Shown: piece after piece, positions 42,901 through 51,362 of the stretch
Layout of the letters: each line of letters opens with the position of its first letter
Numbering within the stretch: the first letter of the stretch is position 1
Source: Actinomycetota bacterium
GTDB lineage: Bacteria; Actinomycetota; UBA4738; HRBIN12
NCBI GenBank assembly: GCA_035463115.1
Contig: DATHTO010000149.1
Location: 20,855-84,854, forward strand
Reading direction: 5' to 3'
Length of the DNA: 64,000 nucleotides
Program-made: the position numbers and the translations under genes
Notes under the pieces: generated by a model
Told to the model about the DNA's origin: nothing
What the model saw: the letters and a program-made list of their open reading frames with translations, nothing else
Databases searched by the model: none

Positions 42901-43066
42901 TCTCGGCGTCGGCCTCGCGTCCGAGCTCCGTCGACGACACGAGGTCGCAGAACAGCGTCGTGACGGCTCGCCGCGTCCGCGCGACGGTGTGAGCGAGTGG
43001 GCGCCCGCACGACGAGCAGTACCGGGCGTCGGCCGGGTTCTCGGTGCCGCAGCTCTGACAGGTCGT
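39983..43066 (-). CDS. Zn-ribbon / class III cyclase / P-loop STAND (AAA_16-like) ATPase / TPR-like signalling protein
   Basis: The track ORF starts at the GTG at 42940, inside the first cyclase strand (..TTLFCDLVSSTELG). The same frame stays open upstream to a TAG at 43100-43102 and encodes a Zn-ribbon, TCQSCGTENPADARYCSSCGRPL. AAGGAG lies at 43079-43074, but there is no ATG/GTG/TTG, so the start is unresolved (ACG at 43066/43069?). Further motifs: KFVGDAVMAVFGFP, VVGEAGVGKSRIVEDF, then a long helical-repeat tail. Confidence 0.8.
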   Translation of the reverse strand, partial: TTCQSCGTENPADARYCSSCGRPLAHTVARTRRAVTTLFCDLVSSTELGREADAETAHHILSRFYDTTRACVLRHGGSLEKFVGDAVMAVFGFPRIHEDDALRAARAAIEIQRAVDALSDELELEWGIPLRIRTGIATGEVMAGPAAPDEPFVIGSSVNLAARLEQAAAPGQILVDGETAARIRRRAEVRELPRAALKGFGEDGVPVAELVAVDDGAAQASGPIVGRRAELRLLDDALGSVLAQRRCRVVNVVGEAGVGKSRIVEDFESRHTDLTTLRGRCAPTGEASPMRPLAEIVTRAVGTAPDDPPAAIRAALADAGTTPDDIGRLVASIGLGGAPLAGADRAATLRAFIAGVARRSSAGVALVVEDVHHATPEMLDVLRHVAEHTRDAPLLIVCAGRPEILLQHPTWARAPGAITVSLEPLGADEGAELVAWLLPSSEDALRRRIVEIADGNPFFIEEVIAALGAATDARTATDVPANAPAVTDLPVPPTVMSLLDARVDALADDERAVLERAAVLGTTFRSDEVARLYGRDVADVLARLADRDLVVRDPGGGDPSWRFRQALIRDAAYQAVPKQVRVDLHVAVADGSDDDARAGSHLDRATATLRELGSRSSAVDELAERAGVRLTSAGRAASSRGDVSSAATLLARAAELLPSRHPARAEALADLHSARLYAGDIDGAERAVDELFEAARAPDDLVTVRATMQRAHLSFLRDPSALPPAGYREQLEAAIPRFEAEGAESDLATAFTDLALVSWVEGRGAAMVEAAERAIAAAERCGDPRAMHEAAPLLATGLLLGPTPLDEVLRRLRALGSVVPGDRLALATLRLTEAQAFALVGRIDEARAALAAARSTFEDLGQRRWLAASAETDAVIRLEDGDLDGAIADRRSVHAFFAEQGDALNTGVAAATLADVLVRADDISGAESLVAGLEHQASTSDPEVAVTSTAVRAAIASARDDAAAAERLAAEALRIADATDLLLLQADARVTLASGGVDPPGLLRDAVDRYEAKGAVGRAARVRASSA

Positions 43067-43283
43067 CGTCGCGCTCCTTCGAGGCTCGCAACGCGGAGGC
43101 TACGCCACGTCCGCCGAGGCCGTTCGTCGTCGCCTCGAGCATCGGCTCAGCCGACGCGGCCCGGCCCAGGCGATCCTCGTTGATCAGACGAGCGTGCCGG
43201 TCCGACCCGAGGCCTCGAAAGGCAGGCCTGCGAGGTGGTCGACGTTCGGTTCGCGGGTTCCGCGGGTGGGTACGAACGCCGCC

Positions 43284-45323
43284 ATGGAGTTCCTGCTGGT
43301 CTCGCTCGTCCTGAGCGTCGGGCTCACGATGTTCATGCGCTGGCGCGCCCGCAAGGCGCAGGAGCGCTACGAGGCGCGCGTCCGCGACGAGATGGCTCGC
43401 CGGGCGGCAGCCGGTGAGGAGACCGACGTTCCAGCGTCGCCGTTCGGCATGCTTCCGTTCGGCGGCATCCTCGAGCAGATGCTCACTCAAGGCGCGTGGA
43501 CGCGCTCGTACGCGTACGACGAGGCGACCGGCGAGTGGGTCGAGGTCGTCCCCGGAGAACCCGAACGACCATCGCCGGAGCAACCGCCCACGCGCCCCGA
43601 TCGCGCCGCGCCGAACGGTGCCGCCGGTGAGGCTCCGTCGACGACGGCGCCGGCGCGCCCGTCGAGCACCGCGCGGCGACGTCCGAAGAAGGCGCCGTCA
43701 GGCATGTTCGGGATGTTCGGCGGCGGGCTCGACGACGGCAGCGGTGACTTCGAGGTCCGCGATCCGCGGGAGCTTCCGACGTTCGAGGACGTTGGGGGGA
43801 TGACGGCGCTCAAGGAGGAAACGCGCGATTCGATCGGCCTCCTGCTGCAGCATCCCGACGAAGCCGAGCGGTACGGGATCGAGTGGAACGGCATCCTGCT
43901 GTACGGACCGCCGGGCGTCGGCAAGACGTTCTTCGCGAGCGCGATCGCGGGGGAGTACGGGATGCGATTCATCCACGTCTCGACCGGCGATCTCGTCGGC
44001 TCGATCGTCGGCAAGTCGGCGCGGAACATCGAGAAGGCCTTCGACACCGCGCTCGACAACCTCCCGTGCCTGCTGTTCTTCGACGAGTTCGATTCCGTCG
44101 CACAGCGCCGCGACCAGAACCCCGATCAGGAGGCGCGCCGGACGGTGAACCAACTGCTCACGTCGCTCGAGCGCTTCCGCGACGAACGCCGCCTCCTCGT
44201 GGTCGCCGCCACGAACTCGATCGAGCACCTCGATCCGGCGGTGATCCGCCCGGGACGGTTCGACCGGCACATCCGGATCGATCTGCCGGACGCTGACGCG
44301 CGCCGGGAGATCTTCCGGACGGAGCTCGCGGGCCGCCCGACGGCGGCCGACGTCGACCTCGAGGACCTCGTCCGTCGGAGCGAAGGGATGACGCCGGCGG
44401 CGATCGAGAAGGTGGTCGAGCTCGCCGCGCTCGACGTGTTCCGCCAGGCGACGCAGACGGGACAACGCCTCGAGCTCGACGAGCAGCACCTGCTGGCGGC
44501 GGTCGACCGCCACGGCGGCCAGGACCGTCCCACGGTCGAGCACTGGACGTGGGACTCCCTGATCTTGCCGGAGGAGACGAAGAGCGAGCTGATGCAGCTC
44601 CAGGCGGTGATCGAGGATCCGGAATCGGCGCGCCGGTTCGGCGTCGAGCCGCCGAGCGGACTGCTCCTCGCGGGGCCTCCGGGGACCGGCAAGACCACCG
44701 TCGCGAAGGTGCTCGCCGCCGAAGCGGAATGCTCCTTCTACCCGGTCTCGGGCGCCGACGTGATGAGCAAGTGGGTCGGCGAGTCCGAGCGGAACATCCG
44801 CCAGCTGTTCGAGCGCGCCAGATCGAACCGTCCGTCGATCGTGTTCATCGACGAGATCGATGCGATCGCGGGTCGACGCGGCGACATCCAGATCCACGAC
44901 AGCCAGGTGAACCAGTTGCTGGCGGAGCTCGACGGCGTGGCCGGCCAGCGTGGGATGTTCGTGATCGGCGCGACGAATCGACCCGACCAGGTCGATCCCG
45001 CGCTCCTGCGCGGCGGGCGCCTGTCGCGCACGATCGTCCTCGGGCTTCCCGACGAGGCCGGCCGCCTGCTGATCCTCCGTCGGTTCACCGAGCGGATGCC
45101 GACCGTGGGGGTACGCCTCGAGGAGCTCGCGCGCGCGACGGACGGCTTCTCGCCCGCGGACCTGAAAGCGCTCGCCCAAGAAGCGGCGCTGTCGGCGATG
45201 GCACGGCACCGACGCGAGGGCGCCGACGACGCGACGCCGGACGCGCCCGGCCGCGTCGACCAGGCCGACTTCGAGCGCGCGATCGAGCGGCTCCGCCCCG
45301 AACCGTCGCTCGCTTCGTGGTGA
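43284..45323 (+). CDS. Membrane-anchored tandem AAA+ ATPase (CDC48/VCP-like, two classical AAA modules, no protease domain)
   Basis: ATG at 43284. TM helix MEFLLVSLVLSVGLTMFM is followed by a ~170-aa Pro/Ala/Glu/Arg-rich linker. AAA-1: ILLYGPPGVGKTF, LLFFDEFD, ATNSIEHLDPAVIRPGRFD. AAA-2: LLLAGPPGTGKTT, IVFIDEIDAI, ATNRPDQVDPALLRGGRL. Confidence 0.88.
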   Translation: MEFLLVSLVLSVGLTMFMRWRARKAQERYEARVRDEMARRAAAGEETDVPASPFGMLPFGGILEQMLTQGAWTRSYAYDEATGEWVEVVPGEPERPSPEQPPTRPDRAAPNGAAGEAPSTTAPARPSSTARRRPKKAPSGMFGMFGGGLDDGSGDFEVRDPRELPTFEDVGGMTALKEETRDSIGLLLQHPDEAERYGIEWNGILLYGPPGVGKTFFASAIAGEYGMRFIHVSTGDLVGSIVGKSARNIEKAFDTALDNLPCLLFFDEFDSVAQRRDQNPDQEARRTVNQLLTSLERFRDERRLLVVAATNSIEHLDPAVIRPGRFDRHIRIDLPDADARREIFRTELAGRPTAADVDLEDLVRRSEGMTPAAIEKVVELAALDVFRQATQTGQRLELDEQHLLAAVDRHGGQDRPTVEHWTWDSLILPEETKSELMQLQAVIEDPESARRFGVEPPSGLLLAGPPGTGKTTVAKVLAAEAECSFYPVSGADVMSKWVGESERNIRQLFERARSNRPSIVFIDEIDAIAGRRGDIQIHDSQVNQLLAELDGVAGQRGMFVIGATNRPDQVDPALLRGGRLSRTIVLGLPDEAGRLLILRRFTERMPTVGVRLEELARATDGFSPADLKALAQEAALSAMARHRREGADDATPDAPGRVDQADFERAIERLRPEPSLASW

Positions 45324-45345
45324 CGCCACCGCGCCGTTCGGCGTC

Positions 45346-46113
45346 TCAGTCGGCGACGCCACCTCCGTCGACCGGCAGCGCCGCGCCGGTGACGTAGCTC
45401 GAATCGTCGGAGGCGAGGAACAGCACGGCGCGCGCGACCTCCTCGGGCTTCCCCATGCGGCCCAGCGCGCGGCCCTCCGACGCCCAGGCGACGTACTCGT
45501 CCCACGTGACGCCCTTGCGCTCGGCGTCGACGTGCTCCATCGGCGTCTCGGTGTCACCGGGGCAGACGGCGTTCACCCGGATGCCCTGCGGGCCGTGGTC
45601 GAGCGCCATCGCCTTCGTGAGGAGGACGAGCCCTCCCTTCGCGGCGCAGTACGCCGCCCCCTTCTGCCCGCCGACGAGGCCCCATCCCGACGCGCAGTTC
45701 ACGATCGCGCCCTTGCCCCGCTCGATCAGGTGCGGAAGCGCGGCGCGCGACATCAGGTACGCGCCCTTCAGGCTCGTGTCGACCTGGAGGTCCCACTCGT
45801 CCTCGTCGCACCCGAGCACGTCGTTCTCGACGTAGACGCCGGCGTTGTTGAACAGCACGTCGAGCCGACCGAACGCCTCGACGGTACCGGCGACGGACCG
45901 ATCGCAGTCGGTTGCGAGTCGGACGTCGGCGCGCACGAACAGCGCGTCGCCTCCCGCCTCGTCGATCGTGCGGACGACCTCGGCGCCGCGCGCCTCGTCC
46001 CGGCCGGTGATCGTCACGCTCGCGCCCTCACCGGCGAACAGCAGCGCGGTCGCGCGTCCGATCCCGGACGTGCCGCCCGTGACGAGGGCGACGCGCCCCT
46101 CGAGCTTGCCCAC
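45346..46113 (-). CDS. Short-chain dehydrogenase/reductase (classical SDR)
   Basis: VALVTGGTSGIGRA, NNAGV, YCAAKGG (YxxxK). Confidence 0.9.
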   Translation of the reverse strand: MGKLEGRVALVTGGTSGIGRATALLFAGEGASVTITGRDEARGAEVVRTIDEAGGDALFVRADVRLATDCDRSVAGTVEAFGRLDVLFNNAGVYVENDVLGCDEDEWDLQVDTSLKGAYLMSRAALPHLIERGKGAIVNCASGWGLVGGQKGAAYCAAKGGLVLLTKAMALDHGPQGIRVNAVCPGDTETPMEHVDAERKGVTWDEYVAWASEGRALGRMGKPEEVARAVLFLASDDSSYVTGAALPVDGGGVAD

Positions 46114-46169
46114 GCTCGGATGCTAGCGGGCGTCGCCGGGCTGGGGCGACACGGCCGGCTCGTGCGTCG

Positions 46170-46436
46170 TCAGGCGATGAGGGCCCGGGTCGCCACGCGA
46201 ACGCCGGTGGGGGCGAGCTCTTCGTCGAGGGCGACGGCGATCGCGCATCCGGCCTCGGTCTCCCATCCGCGCCCGTCGAGCACCACCGTGTTCGCGCGGG
46301 GGAGGTAGGCCTGCAGCGTCTCGAGGATGTCCTCCCAGTCCGCGAGCGACGGCGCGCGATCGGTCCAGATCCGGATCGAGCAGCCTTCCTCGAACAGGAG
46401 CCACCGGGGCCTGCGCTGTGTCGTGCGTCCGAACAT
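46170..46436 (-). CDS. Small hypothetical protein (88 aa)
   Basis: This is only the 3' tail of the 1080-codon shadow ORF. MFGRTTQRRPRWLLFEEGCSIRIWTDRAPSLADWEDILETLQAYLPRANTVVLDGRGWETEAGCAIAVALDEELAPTGVRVATRALIA. The composition is non-repetitive and GC3 is about 90 percent by eye. It lies upstream of the SDR on the same strand. Confidence 0.5.
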   Translation of the reverse strand: MFGRTTQRRPRWLLFEEGCSIRIWTDRAPSLADWEDILETLQAYLPRANTVVLDGRGWETEAGCAIAVALDEELAPTGVRVATRALIA

Positions 46437-46556
46437 GGCGCTTCGATACCCGCGGGGGAGCCGCGGCCCGTCAGCCTTTCGGCCACGATCCGGCCGCCGA
46501 AGGTCGGAACCTCGGGCGCCTCCCGACGTCGGTGCTGCCGGACCTACACTCCGACG

Positions 46557-49500
46557 GTGAAGAGCTGCTCGTCGTGCGGATCCGAGCTTGCGCCCCTCGC
46601 CCGGTTCTGTCCGTACTGCGGCACGCCGGTCGACGCGCCGCCGGTGCAGGAACGGCGCATCGTCACGATCTTGTTCGTCGACCTCGTCGGCTTCACCGAG
46701 CGGTCCGACAATGCCGACCCCGAGGACGTCCGGCGGGCGCTCGTGCCGTTCCATCGGCTCGTCCGCGACGAGCTCGAGCGTTTCGGCGGGACCCTCGACA
46801 AGTTCATCGGCGACGCGGTCATGGGTGTCTTCGGAGCGCCGATCGCGCACGACGACGATCCGGTGCGCGCCGTCCGGGCGAGCCTTCGCATCGTCGACGC
46901 GCTCGCCGACCTGCGCCGCGACGACGCCGACGTCGCCGTCCGCGTCGCGCTCAACACCGGCGAGGCGTTCGTCTCGTTCGGCAGCGGCCCGCAGATCGGG
47001 GAGGCCGTCGCCGGCGACGTGGTGAACACCGCCTCTCGGATGCAGTCGATCGCGCCAGCGAACGCGATCGTGGTCGGGCCCGCGACGCTCGACGCGCTCG
47101 ACGGGCGCTTCGACGTCGAGGCGCTCCCACCCACGATGGTCAAGGGCAAGAGCGAGCCCCTGCAGGTCTGGCGGGTGCTCGGCGAACGCGCGGGCGCAGC
47201 CCCCGAGCGGACGCCCTTCGTCGGGCGGACCCGTGAGATGCGCGAGCTCGAAGCGGAGTTCGGCGCCGTCGTGGATCGCGGCGAGGCTCGGGCGGTCGTC
47301 GTGGTCGGTGAGCAGGGCGTGGGGAAGTCGCGCCTCGCCGGCGAGCTCGAGCGCTCGGTCGAGCGTCGGGCGACCGTGGTGGTCGGGTCGGCGCCGACCG
47401 TCGGCGAGCGCTCGCCGTACGCCCCGATCCGGGACACGCTGCGGGCGCTCGCCGGACTCGGGCCGTCGGACGACGACGAGGCGTTCCTCGGCAAGCTCGA
47501 CGCGCTCGTGGCGCAGGACGACCGGACGTCGAACGACCGCCGCTTCGTGGCCTCGACGCTCGCGATCGCCGTCGGGTTGTCCCCCGACGGCCGCGATGCC
47601 GCGATCACGCCGGCGGAGGTCGCCGACGCGTGGGCGTCGGTCCTCGCGACCACCGCGGCGCGGCGTCCGACCGTGCTCGTGCTGCACGATCTGCATCGCT
47701 CCGATGCCTCGTTCGTCGAGGTGCTCGACGCGGCGCTCGACCGGCTGCGCGCGGTTCCGCTGTTCGTCCTGATCACGGCGCGTCCGGAGATCCACGAGGT
47801 CGCGCCGACCCTCGTCGCCCCTGGTCCCGGTCGTCGCGTCATGTCCCTCGGGCCGCTCGACGATGACGCGACGCGACAGCTGCTCGGCGCGGTGCTCCTC
47901 GACGCGCTGCTCGTTCCCGCCGCCCGTGACCGGATCCTGGAGCGCTCGGGCGGCAACCCGTTGTACGCGATCGAGTTCGGCAGGATGCTCGCCGAGGCGG
48001 GCGACCCGACGGCGGTGTCGACCCCGCTGTCGGTGCAGGCGGTGATCTCCGCGCGCCTCGATGCGATCCCCAGCGAGGCTCGCGCCGTCCTGCTGGACGC
48101 GTCGGTCGTCGGCGACGAGGTGTGGGTCGAGGCGTGCGCCGCGGTCGGAGAACGCGATCCGGCGGCGGTCGCCGAGGCTGCGGAGGTCCTCGAACGCCGG
48201 GGGCTGCTCGCGCGCCGTCCGTCGTCGTTCCCGACGCATGACGCGTTCGCGTTCTCGAACGCCCTGATCCGGGAGGTCGCGTATGGACGTCTCCCGCGCG
48301 CCGTGCGCGCGGGCGCCCATCTGCGAGCCGGTCGCTGGCTCGAGGCGGCGGCCGGCGACCGCGCCGACGAGTGGGCCGAGCTGCTCGCGCAGCACCACGC
48401 GACCGCCGCCGAGCTCGGAGCGGCCGCGAACGACGCGGCGGTGGTGGAGGCCGCGCGGGAGCCGGCGATCCGGTGGTTGTTGGCGGCCGGCGACCGTGCC
48501 GCGAGGGTCGATCCGTCGGCCGGGTTCTCGCTGTTCCGGCGAGCGCTCGCGCTCGCGCCGCCCGGCAGCGCCGCCCGCGAGGGCGTCCTGTGGAGGGTCG
48601 GGGTCACCGGCCGCCGGAGCGGCATGCTGGACGGCACCGACGTCCTCGCCCTCTACGCCGAAGGTCTCGAGCTCGCACGGGCGCGCGGGGCCGCCGACGA
48701 CGTGGGGTCGTGGCTCACGCGCTGCGGGTCGCAGATGGCGGCGCTCGGCGACACCGACCGGGCGCGAGCCGCCTACGCGGAGGCGATCGAGGTCCTGGAG
48801 CCGCTCCCGCCCGGTCGTCCGCTCGCGCTCGCGTACGCGTACCGCGCCGAGGAGGAGCTCTTCGCCGGGAACACGTCCGACGCGCTCGCGTACGCGGACC
48901 GGGCCCTCGCGCTCGTGGGGGAGCGGACCGACGAGGTGGCGGTGATGTCGCTCCACATCCGAGGCGACGCGCGCTGCTCGACCGGCGACCTCGAAGGGGG
49001 CCTCGAGGACCTCGAGACGGCGCTCCGCGTCTCGGAGACGATCGGCTCGTCGATGGACGTGATCACCTCGCGGAACTACCTGTCGGAATGGCGCGCCGCC
49101 GTGCAGGGACCGGCGGCGGGCCTCGCCGAGCTCGAGGCCGCGCTCGAGCTCGCCGAACGGCGGAACGTGACCTCGCAGGGCGCGTACTCCCGCGCGAACG
49201 CGACCGCGCTGATGGCTGACGCCGGTGACTGGGACCGCGCGCTGATGTGGGCCGACGAGCTGTCGTCGCTGCCGCCGGAGCGGGTCGATCCCGTCGTGCG
49301 CATCATGGCCGAGATCGTCCGGAGCCGGATCTCGCTCGCGCGGGGTGCGTCCGAGGGCGTGAGCTCGGCGGACGAACTGGTGGAGGCCGCCGGAACCGTC
49401 GAGGAGCTCCACGCGCTCGCGCCCGCGCTCGTCACGGCGGCGCAGATCGCGCTCGGCGACGGCGATGCCGAACGCGCGGCGTCACTGATCGAGCGGTTCG

Positions 49501-49856
49501 ACGCGGCGACCGAAGGCGTCGCGACCGAGTACCGCGCCGCCGACATCGCGCGCGCGGTGCGCACGGCCGTCGACGCCGGTCGGCTCGACCTCGCGGAGCG
49601 GCTCCTCGCTGGCATCGAGCCGCGTGTGCCGCGTGACGAGGTGCGTGTGCGTGCAGCGCGGGCGATCGTCGCCGAGGCACGCAAGGACGACGCGGCGGCT
49701 GCCTACGCCGATGCGGCCGATGCCTTGCGCGGGTACGGCGACGTGTACGAGGAGGCTCTCGCGCTCGACGCGCACGCTCGGCTCACGGGGGACGAGGGAT
49801 CGCGCGAGCGCGCCCGCGAGCTCTTCGCGTCGCTCGGCGTCAGTGCCGCGCCTTGA
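46557..49856 (+). CDS. Zn-ribbon / class III cyclase / P-loop STAND (AAA_16-like) ATPase / TPR-like signalling protein (paralogue of 39983-43066)
   Basis: GTG start. MKSCSSCGSELAPLARFCPYCGTPV (Zn ribbon), IVTILFVDLVGFTERS, KFIGDAVMGVFGAP, VVVVGEQGVGKSRLAGEL, then ~700 aa of helical repeats. Confidence 0.9.
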   Translation: MKSCSSCGSELAPLARFCPYCGTPVDAPPVQERRIVTILFVDLVGFTERSDNADPEDVRRALVPFHRLVRDELERFGGTLDKFIGDAVMGVFGAPIAHDDDPVRAVRASLRIVDALADLRRDDADVAVRVALNTGEAFVSFGSGPQIGEAVAGDVVNTASRMQSIAPANAIVVGPATLDALDGRFDVEALPPTMVKGKSEPLQVWRVLGERAGAAPERTPFVGRTREMRELEAEFGAVVDRGEARAVVVVGEQGVGKSRLAGELERSVERRATVVVGSAPTVGERSPYAPIRDTLRALAGLGPSDDDEAFLGKLDALVAQDDRTSNDRRFVASTLAIAVGLSPDGRDAAITPAEVADAWASVLATTAARRPTVLVLHDLHRSDASFVEVLDAALDRLRAVPLFVLITARPEIHEVAPTLVAPGPGRRVMSLGPLDDDATRQLLGAVLLDALLVPAARDRILERSGGNPLYAIEFGRMLAEAGDPTAVSTPLSVQAVISARLDAIPSEARAVLLDASVVGDEVWVEACAAVGERDPAAVAEAAEVLERRGLLARRPSSFPTHDAFAFSNALIREVAYGRLPRAVRAGAHLRAGRWLEAAAGDRADEWAELLAQHHATAAELGAAANDAAVVEAAREPAIRWLLAAGDRAARVDPSAGFSLFRRALALAPPGSAAREGVLWRVGVTGRRSGMLDGTDVLALYAEGLELARARGAADDVGSWLTRCGSQMAALGDTDRARAAYAEAIEVLEPLPPGRPLALAYAYRAEEELFAGNTSDALAYADRALALVGERTDEVAVMSLHIRGDARCSTGDLEGGLEDLETALRVSETIGSSMDVITSRNYLSEWRAAVQGPAAGLAELEAALELAERRNVTSQGAYSRANATALMADAGDWDRALMWADELSSLPPERVDPVVRIMAEIVRSRISLARGASEGVSSADELVEAAGTVEELHALAPALVTAAQIALGDGDAERAASLIERFDAATEGVATEYRAADIARAVRTAVDAGRLDLAERLLAGIEPRVPRDEVRVRAARAIVAEARKDDAAAAYADAADALRGYGDVYEEALALDAHARLTGDEGSRERARELFASLGVSAAP

Positions 49857-50379
49857 GACCCGCGACGAGCATCTCGCAGATCGAGGCGGTGACGCCCTTG
49901 ATCGTCGTGGCGTTTGGCAGGGGCTTGAACGTCCAGTTGTCGGCCAGCTCGCCGACCGAACGGACCGTGCCGGTGTAGCGGAGGAGCTGCGGCGTTCCGC
50001 TCAGGCTCCCGTCGTCCCACCAGTAGCCGCTCCCGCGCAGCACGAGCGTGTAGGTGCCGTCGGCGTTGCGGGTCAACGTGCGGGAGCCGAGCGTCTCGAT
50101 CGGGATCGCGGTGCCGGCGTTGAACCACTCGAACACCGTGATCTGCGACTGCGTGATCGTCCGGCTCAGGAGCGTGCGGTCGTCGTAGGTGCTCGTCGCG
50201 GCGATGTCGTTCCGATCGGTCGCGACGACCTCCATCCCTCCGCAGGTCTTCGATCCGAGCGGTGTCGCTTGCAGCCGCGGGACCGATTCCACCGACACGT
50301 CGGCGGCCGCCGCGGCCGGCGCGAGCACGACCAGCGCGATCGAGGCGACGAGGGACACGAGGAGGGCGGAACGACGCAT
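49840..50379 (-). CDS. Secreted hypothetical protein
   Basis: ATG at 50379 preceded by AGGAG. Signal peptide MRRSALLVSLVASIALVVLAPAAAAA. The Thr/Ser/Asn-rich beta-type mature region has two Cys. Its 3' end overlaps the convergent cyclase gene by 17 bp. Confidence 0.65.
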   Translation of the reverse strand: MRRSALLVSLVASIALVVLAPAAAAADVSVESVPRLQATPLGSKTCGGMEVVATDRNDIAATSTYDDRTLLSRTITQSQITVFEWFNAGTAIPIETLGSRTLTRNADGTYTLVLRGSGYWWDDGSLSGTPQLLRYTGTVRSVGELADNWTFKPLPNATTIKGVTASICEMLVAGLKARH

Positions 50380-50539
50380 CGGGCGGACTCCTGGCTGGGG
50401 GGCTGGCTCGGGGGGTGGGGGCCGGACGGATGGTGTCACAGGAGCGCGAAACCGTCCATCCCCGATCGGTCCATCCCGGCGCCTCGCACGGTCGGATCGC
50501 GGTCCGGGTGCGGCCACGGGTCGCTCGCCGGTCCCGGCC

Positions 50540-50926
50540 TCACGAGCCCCACTCCGGCGGCGGATCGGTGCGTTCCGGTTGGAACTGCCAGTACTCGTGC
50601 AACGACGTGCATCGGCCCGCGCCGTCGAAGCGCAGGAACAGGCATCCCGGCAGCGTCACCTCGTCGCCGGCCACGCGCATCGTCGTCCAGAACTCCGCGG
50701 CCACACGATCGCCGTCGACGTACGGACGTCCGATCCGGACCTCGACGTCGGACTGCGACGCGGTGACGTCGGCCCAGTAGCGCCGGACGCCGTCGGTGCC
50801 CTCGAACGGATCCTCGAAGATGTTCGCACGGTAGGTGCTCGCGTCGGCGAACAGGTCCGCGGCCGCATCGGGATCCCTGCGCTCCCACGCGACGCGGTAC
50901 GCCTCCAGCCACGCTGCGACGTCCAT
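50540..50926 (-). CDS. SnoaL-like / NTF2-fold family protein
   Basis: ATG at 50926 preceded by GAGGGAGG. MDVAAWLEAYRVAWERRDPDAAADLFADASTY...RRYW...AAEFW... is typical of the NTF2-like fold. Confidence 0.65.
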   Translation of the reverse strand: MDVAAWLEAYRVAWERRDPDAAADLFADASTYRANIFEDPFEGTDGVRRYWADVTASQSDVEVRIGRPYVDGDRVAAEFWTTMRVAGDEVTLPGCLFLRFDGAGRCTSLHEYWQFQPERTDPPPEWGS

Positions 50927-50987
50927 CGAACCTCCCTCGATCGCCGGGACGTCGCCCAGCATGGCACGCGCTGCGTGCGCGGCGCGT

Positions 50988-51173
50988 TCAGTCGCGGCGT
51001 TCGTCCGTGAGGGCGCCGACGCGCGTCGCGTCGGAACGCCAGCCGTGGCCGCACGTCCACAGGGCCCAGCGCACGCGCGCGCCGTCGTACCCGCGGAAGG
51101 CGCCGCTCGAGAGCGGCTGGCCCTCGCCGCACACGCTGCAGGTCTCGATCACGTCGACGGTGTCGTCGTCCAT
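50988..51173 (-). CDS. Small Cys/His zinc-binding-type hypothetical protein (61 aa)
   Basis: MDDDTVDVIETCSVCGEGQPLSSGAFRGYDGARVRWALWTCGHGW... (CxxC ... CxH). GC3 is near saturation. No obvious SD. Confidence 0.5.
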   Translation of the reverse strand: MDDDTVDVIETCSVCGEGQPLSSGAFRGYDGARVRWALWTCGHGWRSDATRVGALTDERRD

Positions 51174-51362
51174 CACGGCGCGAGTATGGGACCGCACGAC
51201 GTGTCGGCACATGCGCCGTCGGGCCCGGATCTGCAGGAGCCGCGTCCGCCGCCCGAGGGAGGAGGTCTGGGGCGCGACGGGGGAGGCCGACCGGCGGAGC
51301 GGGCGGGCCGTCGCGAGGGCGCCGCCGCCGCCGGCGCCCTCGGCCGCCGACGTCGAGCCCGC

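Noticed and set aside
43102-43583. The minus-strand ORF 42774-43583, as an alternative upstream start or exon for the cyclase-STAND gene.
   Set aside because: It is in a different frame from the cyclase, and its translation is Arg-rich with no motif. The Zn-ribbon homology is in the cyclase frame, not this one.
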